64,000 nucleotides of DNA, taken from a virus. The stretch lies in IMG/VR virus record IMGVR_UViG_3300046002_004036, positions 34,084 to 98,083 of that record. One strand, given 5' to 3'. Made by a program: the position numbers and the translations under genes. Below the pieces are notes generated by a model. The model did not search any database and was not told where the DNA came from. It worked only from the letters and a program-made list of their open reading frames with translations. The first letter of the stretch is position 1. Each line of letters opens with the position of its first letter. Shown here one piece after another: positions 1 to 9,896 of the stretch.

Positions 1-433
1 CAATCTTGGTTTTAAAACCTTTAAAGAAAACGTTCTTAGCCTGTTGAGCATTAATGGCAACGTTAATAATGTCAATAGCATCTCCTGCAGGCTTACCAAA
101 ATATCTAGCAGGATCCTTCAAGCATAATAGTTTATATACTATGTATGCACACGCTACAGTTGATGTAAAGTCTTTTCCAGATCCCTTGCCAAGTTGCAGA
201 ATTACTTCATTCTTTGTATATTTTTTATAGTAACGGTGGCCTTCTTCTGCACCCAAAAGATCAACAAGGTCTTCTTCTCTGTATATTTGGCTCATTGCTT
301 CAACTATGTCGTATTGAACATCTGAAAGTGGTGGCTGATTTAAATATGCTTCACCCTCAACAAATGTTTTAGCATCTACTGGAAGTTCTTCAAAGTTATT
401 ATTTTTTAGTGCCTCAAAAAAATCATTGAACAT
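1..433 (-). CDS. terL: Terminase large subunit, N-terminal part (runs off window start)
   Basis: Hand translation from ATG at 433: MFNDFFEALKNNNFEELPVD...EVILQLGKGSGKDFTS...DIINVAINAQQAKNVFF. Has a terminase Walker A motif and an A-x-x-x-x-QA motif. Not in the ORF track. Confidence 0.9.
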   Translation of the reverse strand, partial: MFNDFFEALKNNNFEELPVDAKTFVEGEAYLNQPPLSDVQYDIVEAMSQIYREEDLVDLLGAEEGHRYYKKYTKNEVILQLGKGSGKDFTSTVACAYIVYKLLCLKDPARYFGKPAGDAIDIINVAINAQQAKNVFFKGFKTKI

Positions 434-959
434 TGTGGACAACGGTAATCACTTCCCCATCTTTTGCAACAGATGAAAGTCTGTACATAATTAGGTCTCT
501 AATGTCTGGATGAGTGGAAGCAATATCTCTAAGAATACCAACTAAAACTTCTTGTCTTTTTTCAATCTCAACTATTTCTTCTGCAAGTTCTTTGTTTTCA
601 AGAAGGCCTGCTTTTTGTAGCATATCAATTCTTGCTTTTTCAATATCAACAACTAGCTTAATTGCTTGTGTCTTTGCGCTAAGATTATTTACCATAGAGG
701 CTTCATCAATAACTTCATAAGACTTTGTAATTAATTTACTATAGTGAGCATCCATTGCGGCAAGTGCTTCCTTAGCACGAGCACGAATTGCATCATTAGC
801 GGAAGCCATGACTTTCCACTCATTTATAAGTTCTACAACACGAACTCTAGGAATTGCTAATTCTTTAGAAATTCTAGTTGGGTCAGTTCCTTTAAGATAC
901 TCTGAGACAACAGTATTTACCTGATCAAGATGTTTTACTAAATCTTCTTCAGTTGACAT
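423..959 (-). CDS. HTH-containing helical protein, probable terminase small subunit
   Basis: N-terminal HTH-like segment (PTRISKELAIPRVRV); overlaps the terL start. Confidence 0.6.
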   Translation of the reverse strand: MSTEEDLVKHLDQVNTVVSEYLKGTDPTRISKELAIPRVRVVELINEWKVMASANDAIRARAKEALAAMDAHYSKLITKSYEVIDEASMVNNLSAKTQAIKLVVDIEKARIDMLQKAGLLENKELAEEIVEIEKRQEVLVGILRDIASTHPDIRDLIMYRLSSVAKDGEVITVVHNVQ

Positions 960-1200
960 ATTTTCCCTCTAGCCTGTTAATTTCATCCTTGATATAAAAT
1001 ATTGCCTTTTCAAGATCTTGAATTGTTTTTGATTCATCTTTAAGACCTGCTCGCCAGAGATACTTAAAAGCATTACCAATATTAAAATTGCGATGGCGAG
1101 TAATATCTATACATTCTACGCCTGAAGGATCTGTTGTGTAATGTTGTGGATGATTGACTTGATCAACTGTAATGTTTAAATTATTACTCAATTGGCTCAT
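949..1200 (-). CDS. DUF3310 / SaV-like protein
   Basis: Signature DQVNHPQHY...ECID...GNAFKYLWRAGLK...DLEKAIFY. Confidence 0.85.
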   Translation of the reverse strand: MSQLSNNLNITVDQVNHPQHYTTDPSGVECIDITRHRNFNIGNAFKYLWRAGLKDESKTIQDLEKAIFYIKDEINRLEGKYVN

Positions 1201-1312
1201 CCTCTTCTAAATCAAATGCCTCTGGCAAAACTTTAAATATTGTAAGAATATAAGTTATTCCTACTGCTCCAGCAATACCAAGACCAATAATGGTTTTTTG
1301 TAACTTGTTCAT
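1184..1312 (-). CDS. Small membrane protein, 42 aa
   Basis: Hand translation MNKLQKTIIGLGIAGAVGITYILTIFKVLPEAFDLEEDEPIE; one hydrophobic helix; ATGA-coupled to the upstream gene. Confidence 0.7.
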   Translation of the reverse strand: MNKLQKTIIGLGIAGAVGITYILTIFKVLPEAFDLEEDEPIE

Positions 1313-1464
1313 CGTTTTGACTTCCTTAATCCAAACTTAGCAAGATAAACGTAGATAGTTTCTACGCTTGCTCCACACTCTTTGGCAATTTCTTCTGGGG
1401 TTTTTTTATCCATAAGATACCTCTTACGCATAAAAACCTCTGATGTATATAGTTTAGCAGCCAT
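1309..1464 (-). CDS. Small HTH DNA-binding protein, 51 aa
   Basis: KTPEEIAKECGASVETIYVYL is an HTH pattern; start moved to MAAKLY. Confidence 0.75.
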   Translation of the reverse strand: MAAKLYTSEVFMRKRYLMDKKTPEEIAKECGASVETIYVYLAKFGLRKSKR

Positions 1465-1468
1465 ATTA

Positions 1469-2113
1469 TTATTTGTCAACTTCCGTATTAATAACATCAT
1501 AGTTGTAGGCATTAGAGTCTTCAAGTATCCACTTATCGTAACTCTCAACATCCCATTTGTTTGTATTAATGAGTCTTTGTATTACTAGATCTTTCTTTGT
1601 TACAAATGATGGCTCCTTTAGCCTTACCCGATTATTTGGCTGTATTGCAAAATTTCCATCATCTCTTTGAATGACGTGACCACATTTATGCTGACCTGGA
1701 TTTTCAGAATACCCATCATCTAAAATGTTTGTTTCTGGGTTGTGCCAATCAAGTGTAAATAGGTATGTTCCAGGTACAGTTGTCTTAGATCTATCAAGAT
1801 AGGACATTCTCATGTTACTCAAGTTTTCAAACTTTGTAACTGAAACATATGGACTAAAAGAATTCCAAAGAACAAGATTATGAATTGGCTCTTCTGGTAC
1901 TCCTGGCTTAGTGCAAAAAGCATTAATTGGCATTCTCCACCAGATACCACCGTCTTCCATTAAAAAATGAAATAAGGGACTTCTACTTTTAATACTTGAT
2001 ACACCAAATATAACGCATGGAAAATATTGATCATGGCTATCTTCTTGGTCTCTTAAAAAATTACCACGGACGTAACACTCTATCGGTGGTATGTTTGCAT
2101 TTAACTCAGGCAT
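1469..2113 (-). CDS. Hypothetical protein
   Basis: 214-aa ORF tightly coupled within the operon. Confidence 0.7.
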   Translation of the reverse strand: MPELNANIPPIECYVRGNFLRDQEDSHDQYFPCVIFGVSSIKSRSPLFHFLMEDGGIWWRMPINAFCTKPGVPEEPIHNLVLWNSFSPYVSVTKFENLSNMRMSYLDRSKTTVPGTYLFTLDWHNPETNILDDGYSENPGQHKCGHVIQRDDGNFAIQPNNRVRLKEPSFVTKKDLVIQRLINTNKWDVESYDKWILEDSNAYNYDVINTEVDK

Positions 2114-2703
2114 TATTTATCAACTCCTATTGCTTTGTCCCAGTTTTTAATAGCCCAATGACCAATACCGCAAGCATCTGCAACATCATTGTCTGTAATT
2201 GTTCTATCATAAATAGTATTTATAAATTTAATTGTTCTTTGTTTTCGTAGTTCTCTTTCATGAGATTTATACCAAGAAACAGATTTGCCTGGATTTTGTG
2301 CACGGATCAAAAGCTGTTCTTCTTTAGAAATTTTTTTGTTTCCAATATAATTTTGCCATGTGATTGGGGACACCTTTCCAATAACTTTTGTTCCTGATTG
2401 ACCTGCTGCTCCTAAAATTGCCCCTTGAACTAAAGCAAGATCTGCAGCAGTCTTAGGACTGTTCATAAAAACAGTATGCTCAATTATAACTGCTTCAAAT
2501 CCATTATAAAAGTCAAGAAATGCTTTTACTTTTTTACCAGCATCCATTACTTTTTCGTATGTGTTATTTCCCTCAAAGTTAATTTTTCCAATTGCTCCAA
2601 GATTATCTTTAGTGTATAAGGCAAATGCAAGGCTGTTTGTGCTTGCATCAATTGCACATATTGTGTCTGGTTGTACTTGATACCCCCACTTATTCTTGCT
2701 CAT
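2113..2703 (-). CDS. ruvC: RuvC-like Holliday junction resolvase
   Basis: Catalytic pattern ICAIDAS...VIIEH...DNDVADACGIG. Confidence 0.85.
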   Translation of the reverse strand: MSKNKWGYQVQPDTICAIDASTNSLAFALYTKDNLGAIGKINFEGNNTYEKVMDAGKKVKAFLDFYNGFEAVIIEHTVFMNSPKTAADLALVQGAILGAAGQSGTKVIGKVSPITWQNYIGNKKISKEEQLLIRAQNPGKSVSWYKSHERELRKQRTIKFINTIYDRTITDNDVADACGIGHWAIKNWDKAIGVDK

Positions 2704-2980
2704 AATCAAAAAATCCTTTTATTTGTTTTAACATTTTATCAACTTCTTTTTTGCTTATATTACAATTAGAACAAAATCCAGAGTCGTTATAGATTGAAAG
2801 ATCAACACCACAACCGCCCAAACATTTTCTAATTCTTCCAATTCTTTTTTGTCTGCGAGTAATCTGATAGCGTTCTGCTATTTTTTCTTTTGTAGCGTCG
2901 TCTCTACAAGATTCACTACAGTAAATCTGATAAGAAACTTTTGGTGTGAAATATAAGTCACATCTGCTACAAAGTTTCAC
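2690..2980 (-). CDS. Cys-rich zinc-finger protein
   Basis: Four Cys pairs: CSRC, CSESC, CLGGC, CSNC. Confidence 0.7.
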   Translation of the reverse strand: MKLCSRCDLYFTPKVSYQIYCSESCRDDATKEKIAERYQITRRQKRIGRIRKCLGGCGVDLSIYNDSGFCSNCNISKKEVDKMLKQIKGFFDYEQE

Positions 2981-3800
2981 TCAATTCCTCCAAAGAAGCT
3001 ATCTTAATTATTCCATCGCCAGCTTCTGCACAAGCTGCTTTTACTGGACATGTCTTACAAATCTTAGAATTTCCACGATAGTTTTTAGTAGGAAGTGTTT
3101 GATCTTCCCAAGCTTTACGAACTTCACGCATCCAATTAAATGCATAGTCAATCCATTGACGATAACCATCATTTACTTCTACAGGAATAATCATTAAGTC
3201 ATGGTTATTTTTGTTTTCATAAACAAGTGCGCCCTTTGATTTTCCAAGTATCTTCATATAAATAAGTAATTGAATAAGGTGTGCACCTTTTGGTTTATTT
3301 GTTTTCTTTCGGTATTCAAATGCTTCACTCATCATTGTCTTAATTTCACCAACAATTTCTTCGCCTTCCCAATTAAACATTACGTCACCGTAACCAAAAA
3401 TTGGTGGATCATTTGCAATAACCTTAAACTCTGTTGTTTTTTCACCTTTATCATTAATATATGGAACTGCAACTCCAGAGGACAACATTGCTCCTTGAAT
3501 TCTTTCATGCCCCATAGTTCCAGCACTCATGTTAGCAACGCCATAGGCATCTGTATAGTCATCAAACACATTACCATTAAATGCTAAGTACCAATAACGT
3601 GGACATTGCCCATGCTGGTATGCAATAGTAGATGGAGCAAATGTTTTCTTTGTTGTCATCTTTGGACCACGAGATACCGTGTATCCAGATCTAATCTTTG
3701 TAATCATGTCTTCAGCATTAAAGATTATATTCTGCCTTGTGATGGCTTCTTTCTTATCTGCCTCTTTTAGCATAACCTGCTTTAGTAAACTTTTTGTCAT
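2967..3800 (-). CDS. Cas4-like PD-(D/E)xK exonuclease
   Basis: PS...CPR, GH, GYGD...EIKT, QLLIY and C-terminal CKTCPVKAAC Fe-S cysteines. Confidence 0.85.
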   Translation of the reverse strand: MTKSLLKQVMLKEADKKEAITRQNIIFNAEDMITKIRSGYTVSRGPKMTTKKTFAPSTIAYQHGQCPRYWYLAFNGNVFDDYTDAYGVANMSAGTMGHERIQGAMLSSGVAVPYINDKGEKTTEFKVIANDPPIFGYGDVMFNWEGEEIVGEIKTMMSEAFEYRKKTNKPKGAHLIQLLIYMKILGKSKGALVYENKNNHDLMIIPVEVNDGYRQWIDYAFNWMREVRKAWEDQTLPTKNYRGNSKICKTCPVKAACAEAGDGIIKIASLEELSETL

Positions 3801-3833
3801 TTTTATTCCCTTTGTTTATATAAGTATAGCAGG

Positions 3834-4151
3834 TTAGCGCATTATATACTTGAGTGCTGACACCAAGCTATTAATAGATTCCGCTGCAGTATAGTAAATA
3901 TTTTTCTTTGCTCTATCATTCTTATCAACATTTGCCATCCAAGTTGCTTTAAAAGCCATCTTTGCTGCAATTGCTTGTAACCTTACGATCTCAATACTTG
4001 CTACTTGCGTTGGAATATCTGGCTTAATAATTACCTTAGCAATAAATGTCAGAGCAGCAGTAAGCTCTTCATCTTGCATATAATCTGCAATTTCAGTCAA
4101 ACCGTTTACCATCTCTAGTGTTGTTTTTGCTGGTTCAATTTGTTCAGCCAT
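3834..4151 (-). CDS. Hypothetical protein
   Basis: Operon-coupled 105-aa ORF. Confidence 0.7.
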   Translation of the reverse strand: MAEQIEPAKTTLEMVNGLTEIADYMQDEELTAALTFIAKVIIKPDIPTQVASIEIVRLQAIAAKMAFKATWMANVDKNDRAKKNIYYTAAESINSLVSALKYIMR

Positions 4152-4437
4152 TGTCTTGCCCTTCTGTTAGTTGTTCTAATAATTCTACTTCTATTACTGC
4201 TAAACGAACCTTTGAATCTGCTTCCCCAAGTACAATAAAGATTGCTGGATCATTATGATTTTTGATTGCATCCGTTACTGCTTTTGCCCAGATATCTTTA
4301 TTGATTGTTATACCCTTTGGATATTCCTTAAAGTCAACTGTAAAGTTTCTCCATGTAGCATCACCTTTATGTGTACCACGTCCAGAATTCTTGTGCTGTT
4401 TGGCACCAATTCTTTTTGACTCACTTCTTTCGCTCAT
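4144..4437 (-). CDS. Small PD-(D/E)xK nuclease (Hjc-like)
   Basis: NSGRGTHKGD...VDFKE motif. Confidence 0.7.
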   Translation of the reverse strand: MSERSESKRIGAKQHKNSGRGTHKGDATWRNFTVDFKEYPKGITINKDIWAKAVTDAIKNHNDPAIFIVLGEADSKVRLAVIEVELLEQLTEGQDNG

Positions 4438-4600
4438 AGTCCTTCTTTGTCATAATTAATGGAACTTTTGAAATATGTTTTTTACTGCACATCCAAGTTA
4501 GTTCTGCTGTTTGAATCCACAAACGCAAAGACTTTACGTCTTCTTTACATATTTGGCAATTAAAATCACCATTAAATATTTTAAATCTTTCTTCAGGCAT
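4421..4600 (-). CDS. Zinc-ribbon microprotein, 59 aa
   Basis: Hand translation MPEERFKIFNGDFNCQICKEDV...WMCSKKH...; fills the gap between neighbours with overlaps at both ends. Confidence 0.7.
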   Translation of the reverse strand: MPEERFKIFNGDFNCQICKEDVKSLRLWIQTAELTWMCSKKHISKVPLIMTKKDYERKK

Positions 4601-5606
4601 TCATTAGCTTATTTCTAAGAGATTCCTGAAGATCAAGATCTTCTTTTACACGGTTGATAAAACCTTCACGACCTTGTACCTTTGTTCCATCTTCAAGTTT
4701 ATACCATGCTCCTGTGCGCTCTACAAGTCCCGCAAGTTCTGCGGTATCAACAAGATCTCCAATGCCATCAATACCAACATTATCACCACGAAAATAAAAG
4801 TCATACTCTCCAGACTGAAATCCAGGAGATGTCTTAGAGAATTGTAATTCCCATTTAATTTTGCGACCAATTTTTTCTTCAATAAGTTTATCTCCTACTT
4901 GAATCTTGCCCTTAATAGCTTGATTATCTGATTCAGAGGAAAATAACTTAATAACAACTGAGGAATAAAACTTAGTAGCCTGACCGCCAGAAGGCTGCTG
5001 ACTAGTATACATAGCACTAATATTATTACGAGACTGGCTAATAAGCACAAGCATAGTAGGCTTAACTTTATTATTAGCATAGTTAAGCATTTTCCATGCA
5101 TTGCTAAAGTCTCTAGATTCCGCTCCAATTTGTTTTGTATTTTCAAGTTGCTTAAGTTCATCTGTATCCTTTTCAAAATATATGGCAGGAAGCAAAGATG
5201 TAATACTATCTATAACAATAATATCAACTCCTGCATTCATTAGATTTGTTCCTACATCTACCATTTCATTAATTGTTCTTGCTTGTGAGTAGATTAATTT
5301 TGTTGAGTCTACCCCAAGTTTATCAGCCCATGCTGAATCGTATGACATTTCTGCATCAATCCATGCACAAACCTTTCCTTCTGCTTGCGCTAGAGCAATC
5401 ATCTGAAGGCACATAGAGGACTTTGCAGAAGACTTTGAGCCCCAAACCAGTACTTGTCTACCATAAGGAAGACCGCCCTTTAGAGCACGGTTTAAACCAA
5501 AACTAGGGGTTGCTGCATATTCAACTTTTTGACCAGTAGCGTCTCCTAAACGCTTGCGAATGCGTGGATCTAATTGTGCTAATACTTCTTCCATTGTTAC
5601 TGACAT
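4593..5606 (-). CDS. recA: RecA-like recombinase
   Basis: GGLPYGR, P-loop GSKSSAKS, WIDAE, IVIDSI, GGQATKFYSS, GAWY. Confidence 0.95.
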   Translation of the reverse strand: MSVTMEEVLAQLDPRIRKRLGDATGQKVEYAATPSFGLNRALKGGLPYGRQVLVWGSKSSAKSSMCLQMIALAQAEGKVCAWIDAEMSYDSAWADKLGVDSTKLIYSQARTINEMVDVGTNLMNAGVDIIVIDSITSLLPAIYFEKDTDELKQLENTKQIGAESRDFSNAWKMLNYANNKVKPTMLVLISQSRNNISAMYTSQQPSGGQATKFYSSVVIKLFSSESDNQAIKGKIQVGDKLIEEKIGRKIKWELQFSKTSPGFQSGEYDFYFRGDNVGIDGIGDLVDTAELAGLVERTGAWYKLEDGTKVQGREGFINRVKEDLDLQESLRNKLMNA

Positions 5607-5935
5607 TAAAATCGTACCCCGTGTTTTTCTGGTCTAGTTTTATTGAAGTCTACTTTTTCTCTCAATGCTTGATCAAGTGATAATCTAGTATACCCTGCTT
5701 CTACTGCTCCTGCATATAGATCTAGAGTACGTATAATAATATCTGCAAACTCTTTTGTTATTTCTTCTTCACCTTTATCTTTTCTAATTGCCTCCATAAC
5801 TTCTGTTACTTCAGAAACAATCATCATGCATTGCTTAGCAATAAAAATATCATCAACTTCTTCAGGCCAAAAACCTTTTTCAACTGCAACCTCATGCAAA
5901 TTAATTGCTAGATTATCAAATAAATTATCATACAT
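5606..5935 (-). CDS. MazG-like nucleotide pyrophosphohydrolase
   Basis: SEVTEVMEAIRK...EFADIIIRTLDL (ExxE...ExxD). Confidence 0.85.
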   Translation of the reverse strand: MYDNLFDNLAINLHEVAVEKGFWPEEVDDIFIAKQCMMIVSEVTEVMEAIRKDKGEEEITKEFADIIIRTLDLYAGAVEAGYTRLSLDQALREKVDFNKTRPEKHGVRF

Positions 5936-8900
5936 TTACTACATCCTCCAATATAACGGTTCCATCTTTAGTCTTACCCAAAGAAACTTTATATACATTT
6001 CCTTCTTCAATAGTCATATATGCTTTAGAAAATACTGTTGGAAATACAAGAATTGAATGAAGTTCTCTTGCTGCATCTGCTACAACAAGATTAGCCATTT
6101 TTTTACCAGCCTTGGTCATTCTTGGTTTGAATGAAACTACAAATTGTTCTTCACCTTTATACGGTAATTGTTTATAATTTAAAAACTTTACTAATGCATC
6201 TTTTGATTCTTTAATGCTATCAGCTGGTATAGCATTTACAATTCTGTTATCACTGACAAGAATTAAATATGTTCTACCAGTTTCAATTAATGTATTTTCA
6301 TCATCAAAAATTCCTACACTTCCAGTTTTATCAAGAAACTCAACTCTTGACCAACCCTTACCACGTTTAATTGATTTGATCATACCAAGCATAACAAAAG
6401 ATCCAGTCTCTTCATATTCTTCTGCTTCCTGAATATAAGCATAGTAATGTTGAGGCACCGTCATATTAAACTCAGGTAGGTTTAAGTATTCGTATAAATT
6501 TTCTTTGATTTCTTGATCATTGCGTTCACTGTCAGCAAACGTTGCTGCACCAATTACTCTTAGTGCTTGTAATGCACGAGAGTTTACTCCGTTACCTTTT
6601 GTGAATGTAAACTCTTCAAGTTCTTTGTATGAACTAAATGGTCGTGCTGCAATATATCTTTCTGCAATTTTATCAGAAATAAACTTGATAGAACTGAGTC
6701 CAAACCTAATGCCTTTACCTTCAATCTTAAAATCCATATCCGAATCGTTAATGTGAGGTAGCTTAACACTAATGCCCATTCTTTTTGCTTCAATAAGATA
6801 TTCAGTTCTTGCATCTTTATCCTTTTCATTCTTTAATAGTGAATACATAAACTCAAGTGGATAATGATATTTTAGCCAAGCTGTCCAGTATGACAGTGTT
6901 GAGTATGCTACTGCGTGTGACTTATTAAATGAATACCCTGCGTGGGCCTCAAAGTCATGCCATAAATCTAGTGCTTGATTTGGAGAAATGTATTGCGAAG
7001 CACCTTTAACAAACTGGTCTTTAAAAACATCAAATTCTTTAGCATCTTTTTTCTTACCAATAATCTTTCTAACTTTGTCTGCTTCAGACATTGACATACC
7101 ACCAAGTTGTACACATGCTTGCATAACTTGTTCCTGATAAAGAATACATCCATATGTTTCTTCTGTAAATGACTTTAAGATCTGATGCTTATAGTCTGGG
7201 TTTTGACGACCATGCTTGATAGCAATATAATCTTTGCCAATAGTATTCATAGCACCTGGGCGAACCAAAGCGTTTGATGCAGATAATTCTTCAAGATTCT
7301 TTACACGCATTTTAACTAAAAGGTTTGTGTATGGTGCTGCTTCACACTGAAACACACCTTTTGTATATCCATCAGAAAGCATAGTATATACATTAGCATC
7401 TTCCATATCAATCTTTAATGGATCAATTTTTGTTCCTTCACGCTCTTTAATAATATCAATACAATCTTTGAGTACCGTTAAAGTTTTAAGACCTAAAGCG
7501 TCAATCTTAATTAGGCCAATGTTTTCAGCCTCTCCCATATCTACAGCAACAACAGGAATGCGGTCATCGCTGCCAGCAACAGAACGTGTTTCCATTGGGG
7601 CATACCTAAATATAGGGTCCTTACTAGTAACAACACCTGCAGCGTGAATACCAGTGCCCTTAATTCTTCCACGTAATTGTTCACCATACACCTCTACTTC
7701 TGGATATTTATCTCTAAACCATTGTGCACTTTTTGACATGCAGTATTCATCCCAAGTATCAATTTGCTTATTTACTTTATTTGCATCAGCGAGTGGGATA
7801 TTTAAAACACGAGAAACATCTTTAACAATATTTTTATCTTTAAACTGCATGAATGTAGCAATAGATGCAACATGTCGGTATTGACGAACAAGATAATCTT
7901 TTACTTCATCACGGCGATTATCCTGAATATCTGAATCAATATCTGGAAAGTCATTACGGTCAGGGTTAATGAAGCGGAAGAACAAAAGACCGTGCTTAAT
8001 TGGATCAATGTCTGTAATACCTAAAGCATAACAAAGCAAAGATCCTGCTGCAGAACCACGACCTGGGCCAACCATAATGCCTTCTTTTTTTGCCCAGTTA
8101 AGCATGTTACGGACAACTAGAAAGTAAGGACCAAAATTCTTTTCACCAATAATTTTTAATTCTTCATCAAGACGATCAAGATATTCTTTATTATTTTCTA
8201 GACCACGTTGAGATAAACCTTCAATAGCAAAAGTTTTTAATTCCTGCATTGGTTTTTTATATTGAACTGGAAGTAAATCAAGTCCCGACTTAATATCATA
8301 TTCTTCAATTTTGTCTGCAATCTCTAAAGAACTTGTAAACATTTCTTCATCTGTATGACCTTGCTCTGCCATAGCAGATTTCATTTCTTCATAAGACAAA
8401 AGGTGAATGTCAAAAGTTCTAAATGACATTTTACGATCTTCGCCATATAAATAATCTAGACGCTCCATCATGTTGTTAATTTTCTTTGACTTGTCAAATG
8501 TTGATTCTTTTAATACTTTGCCATGCGTATTAAGCAGAAGCATCATTTCTTGAATTTCTTTTTGACTTGTATCTGCATGGTGACAATCGGGGGTAACTAC
8601 TACTTTTACATTAAATGCTTTGGCAAGTGCTACAAGTTCATCATTAATATTCTTTGGATTATGAGGCATCAATTCAATATAAAAGTCATCTTTAAAACGA
8701 TTCTTAAACCATTGAACCTTTTCTTTTGCAAATGCATACTCTTCATTCTCAATAGCTTTTGCAATAAGTCCACCCTGACATGCAGACAATACAATTAATC
8801 CATCTCCGTATTGATCTAATACTTCAAAATCAATTCTTGGTTTTCTATAAAAACCATCTGTCCATGCAATTTCATTTAGTTTATTAAGGTTTTCTAATCC

Positions 8901-9203
8901 TTGTTGATTCTTAGCAAGAAGGACTATATGGAAAAAATTAACATCAAGTGGACCTACCCTTTCGGACTTATCCCTTTTATCATGTCTATCTAATGCCAAA
9001 TAGCCTTCTATGCCAAGAATTGGCTTGATGCCCTTTGCTTTTGCAATTCGGTACAGTTCCCGATGCCCAGATAAGGTTCCGTGATCTGTGATAGCCAATG
9101 CTGGCATACCAAGTTCAACTGCTCGGTCAATATATTCTTCTGGAGTAGCAACACCATCCATTAAGGAATAGTGTGTATGGACATGCAAGCCTACATAATT
9201 CAC
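5928..9203 (-). CDS. dnaE: DNA polymerase III alpha subunit with PHP domain
   Basis: HVHTHYSLMDG, TDHG, GPGRGSAAGS, PDIDSD, GIHAAG, KIDALGL, YSFNKSH. Confidence 0.97.
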   Translation of the reverse strand: MNYVGLHVHTHYSLMDGVATPEEYIDRAVELGMPALAITDHGTLSGHRELYRIAKAKGIKPILGIEGYLALDRHDKRDKSERVGPLDVNFFHIVLLAKNQQGLENLNKLNEIAWTDGFYRKPRIDFEVLDQYGDGLIVLSACQGGLIAKAIENEEYAFAKEKVQWFKNRFKDDFYIELMPHNPKNINDELVALAKAFNVKVVVTPDCHHADTSQKEIQEMMLLLNTHGKVLKESTFDKSKKINNMMERLDYLYGEDRKMSFRTFDIHLLSYEEMKSAMAEQGHTDEEMFTSSLEIADKIEEYDIKSGLDLLPVQYKKPMQELKTFAIEGLSQRGLENNKEYLDRLDEELKIIGEKNFGPYFLVVRNMLNWAKKEGIMVGPGRGSAAGSLLCYALGITDIDPIKHGLLFFRFINPDRNDFPDIDSDIQDNRRDEVKDYLVRQYRHVASIATFMQFKDKNIVKDVSRVLNIPLADANKVNKQIDTWDEYCMSKSAQWFRDKYPEVEVYGEQLRGRIKGTGIHAAGVVTSKDPIFRYAPMETRSVAGSDDRIPVVAVDMGEAENIGLIKIDALGLKTLTVLKDCIDIIKEREGTKIDPLKIDMEDANVYTMLSDGYTKGVFQCEAAPYTNLLVKMRVKNLEELSASNALVRPGAMNTIGKDYIAIKHGRQNPDYKHQILKSFTEETYGCILYQEQVMQACVQLGGMSMSEADKVRKIIGKKKDAKEFDVFKDQFVKGASQYISPNQALDLWHDFEAHAGYSFNKSHAVAYSTLSYWTAWLKYHYPLEFMYSLLKNEKDKDARTEYLIEAKRMGISVKLPHINDSDMDFKIEGKGIRFGLSSIKFISDKIAERYIAARPFSSYKELEEFTFTKGNGVNSRALQALRVIGAATFADSERNDQEIKENLYEYLNLPEFNMTVPQHYYAYIQEAEEYEETGSFVMLGMIKSIKRGKGWSRVEFLDKTGSVGIFDDENTLIETGRTYLILVSDNRIVNAIPADSIKESKDALVKFLNYKQLPYKGEEQFVVSFKPRMTKAGKKMANLVVADAARELHSILVFPTVFSKAYMTIEEGNVYKVSLGKTKDGTVILEDVVNV

Positions 9204-9211
9204 CTAGTGTA

Positions 9212-9865
9212 TTACCAGTCCATGTTTGTGGATGTAGTACCTGGTGTATCAAAGCCTAGATAAAAGGCTTCTTGTTCAGCATAAGGAATTTTGTTGAGTG
9301 CCTTTTCTAGTGGAAATGGCTCTGTTGCTGCCCAATCAAATGGTTCCTTATCTGGACCACCTGGAATAAGTGTGTACGATGTTTCAGTTCCCTGACCATT
9401 GCGCTTTACTTTCCAAGTAAGATTTGAAATACTGCCTGTCTCCAGTGCGTATTCACGAATAGTGTTAAATGCAGATTGCTTGCTAACACCCATTGACCAA
9501 ATAGCCACATATGGTGCTTCAATACCGTCATCTACAAGTACGTTGCAATAAAAACGAAGACGTGCTCTCCAGCCTGCCTTCATGTCCTTGCGGTGCATCT
9601 CTTCTGCCCAGTCACGACCTTCTGTGTCCATTGTATCTACAGCCTTACGCTTATAGTCTTTTGGATTTGTGTGTTCTGAAACAACAAGTGCGAGACCACG
9701 AGCCTCATTGTAATTTGCTGAATCTTCATCAAGTTCTTCAATGAAGCGAATTTTTACTGCTTGTCCGTCAGCCAACTTAAGCCAACGAACTTTTGTTCCT
9801 GTACCTTCATACTTGGGCTTGTCTACCAATGCGTTGATATTTTTTAGTCCCTTTACAATAGCCAT
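9212..9865 (-). CDS. Single-stranded DNA-binding protein (probable)
   Basis: Lies between primase and DnaE; KRNGQGTETSYTL motif; short acidic/aromatic C-tail. Confidence 0.7.
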   Translation of the reverse strand: MAIVKGLKNINALVDKPKYEGTGTKVRWLKLADGQAVKIRFIEELDEDSANYNEARGLALVVSEHTNPKDYKRKAVDTMDTEGRDWAEEMHRKDMKAGWRARLRFYCNVLVDDGIEAPYVAIWSMGVSKQSAFNTIREYALETGSISNLTWKVKRNGQGTETSYTLIPGGPDKEPFDWAATEPFPLEKALNKIPYAEQEAFYLGFDTPGTTSTNMDW

Positions 9866-9896
9866 ATTATTTTTCTCCTATGTGTTTTGTTATGTT

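Noticed and set aside
2967-3800. Cas4-like gene as evidence of CRISPR-Cas
   Set aside because: No other cas genes and no repeat-spacer array; solo Cas4-like nucleases are common in phage replication modules.
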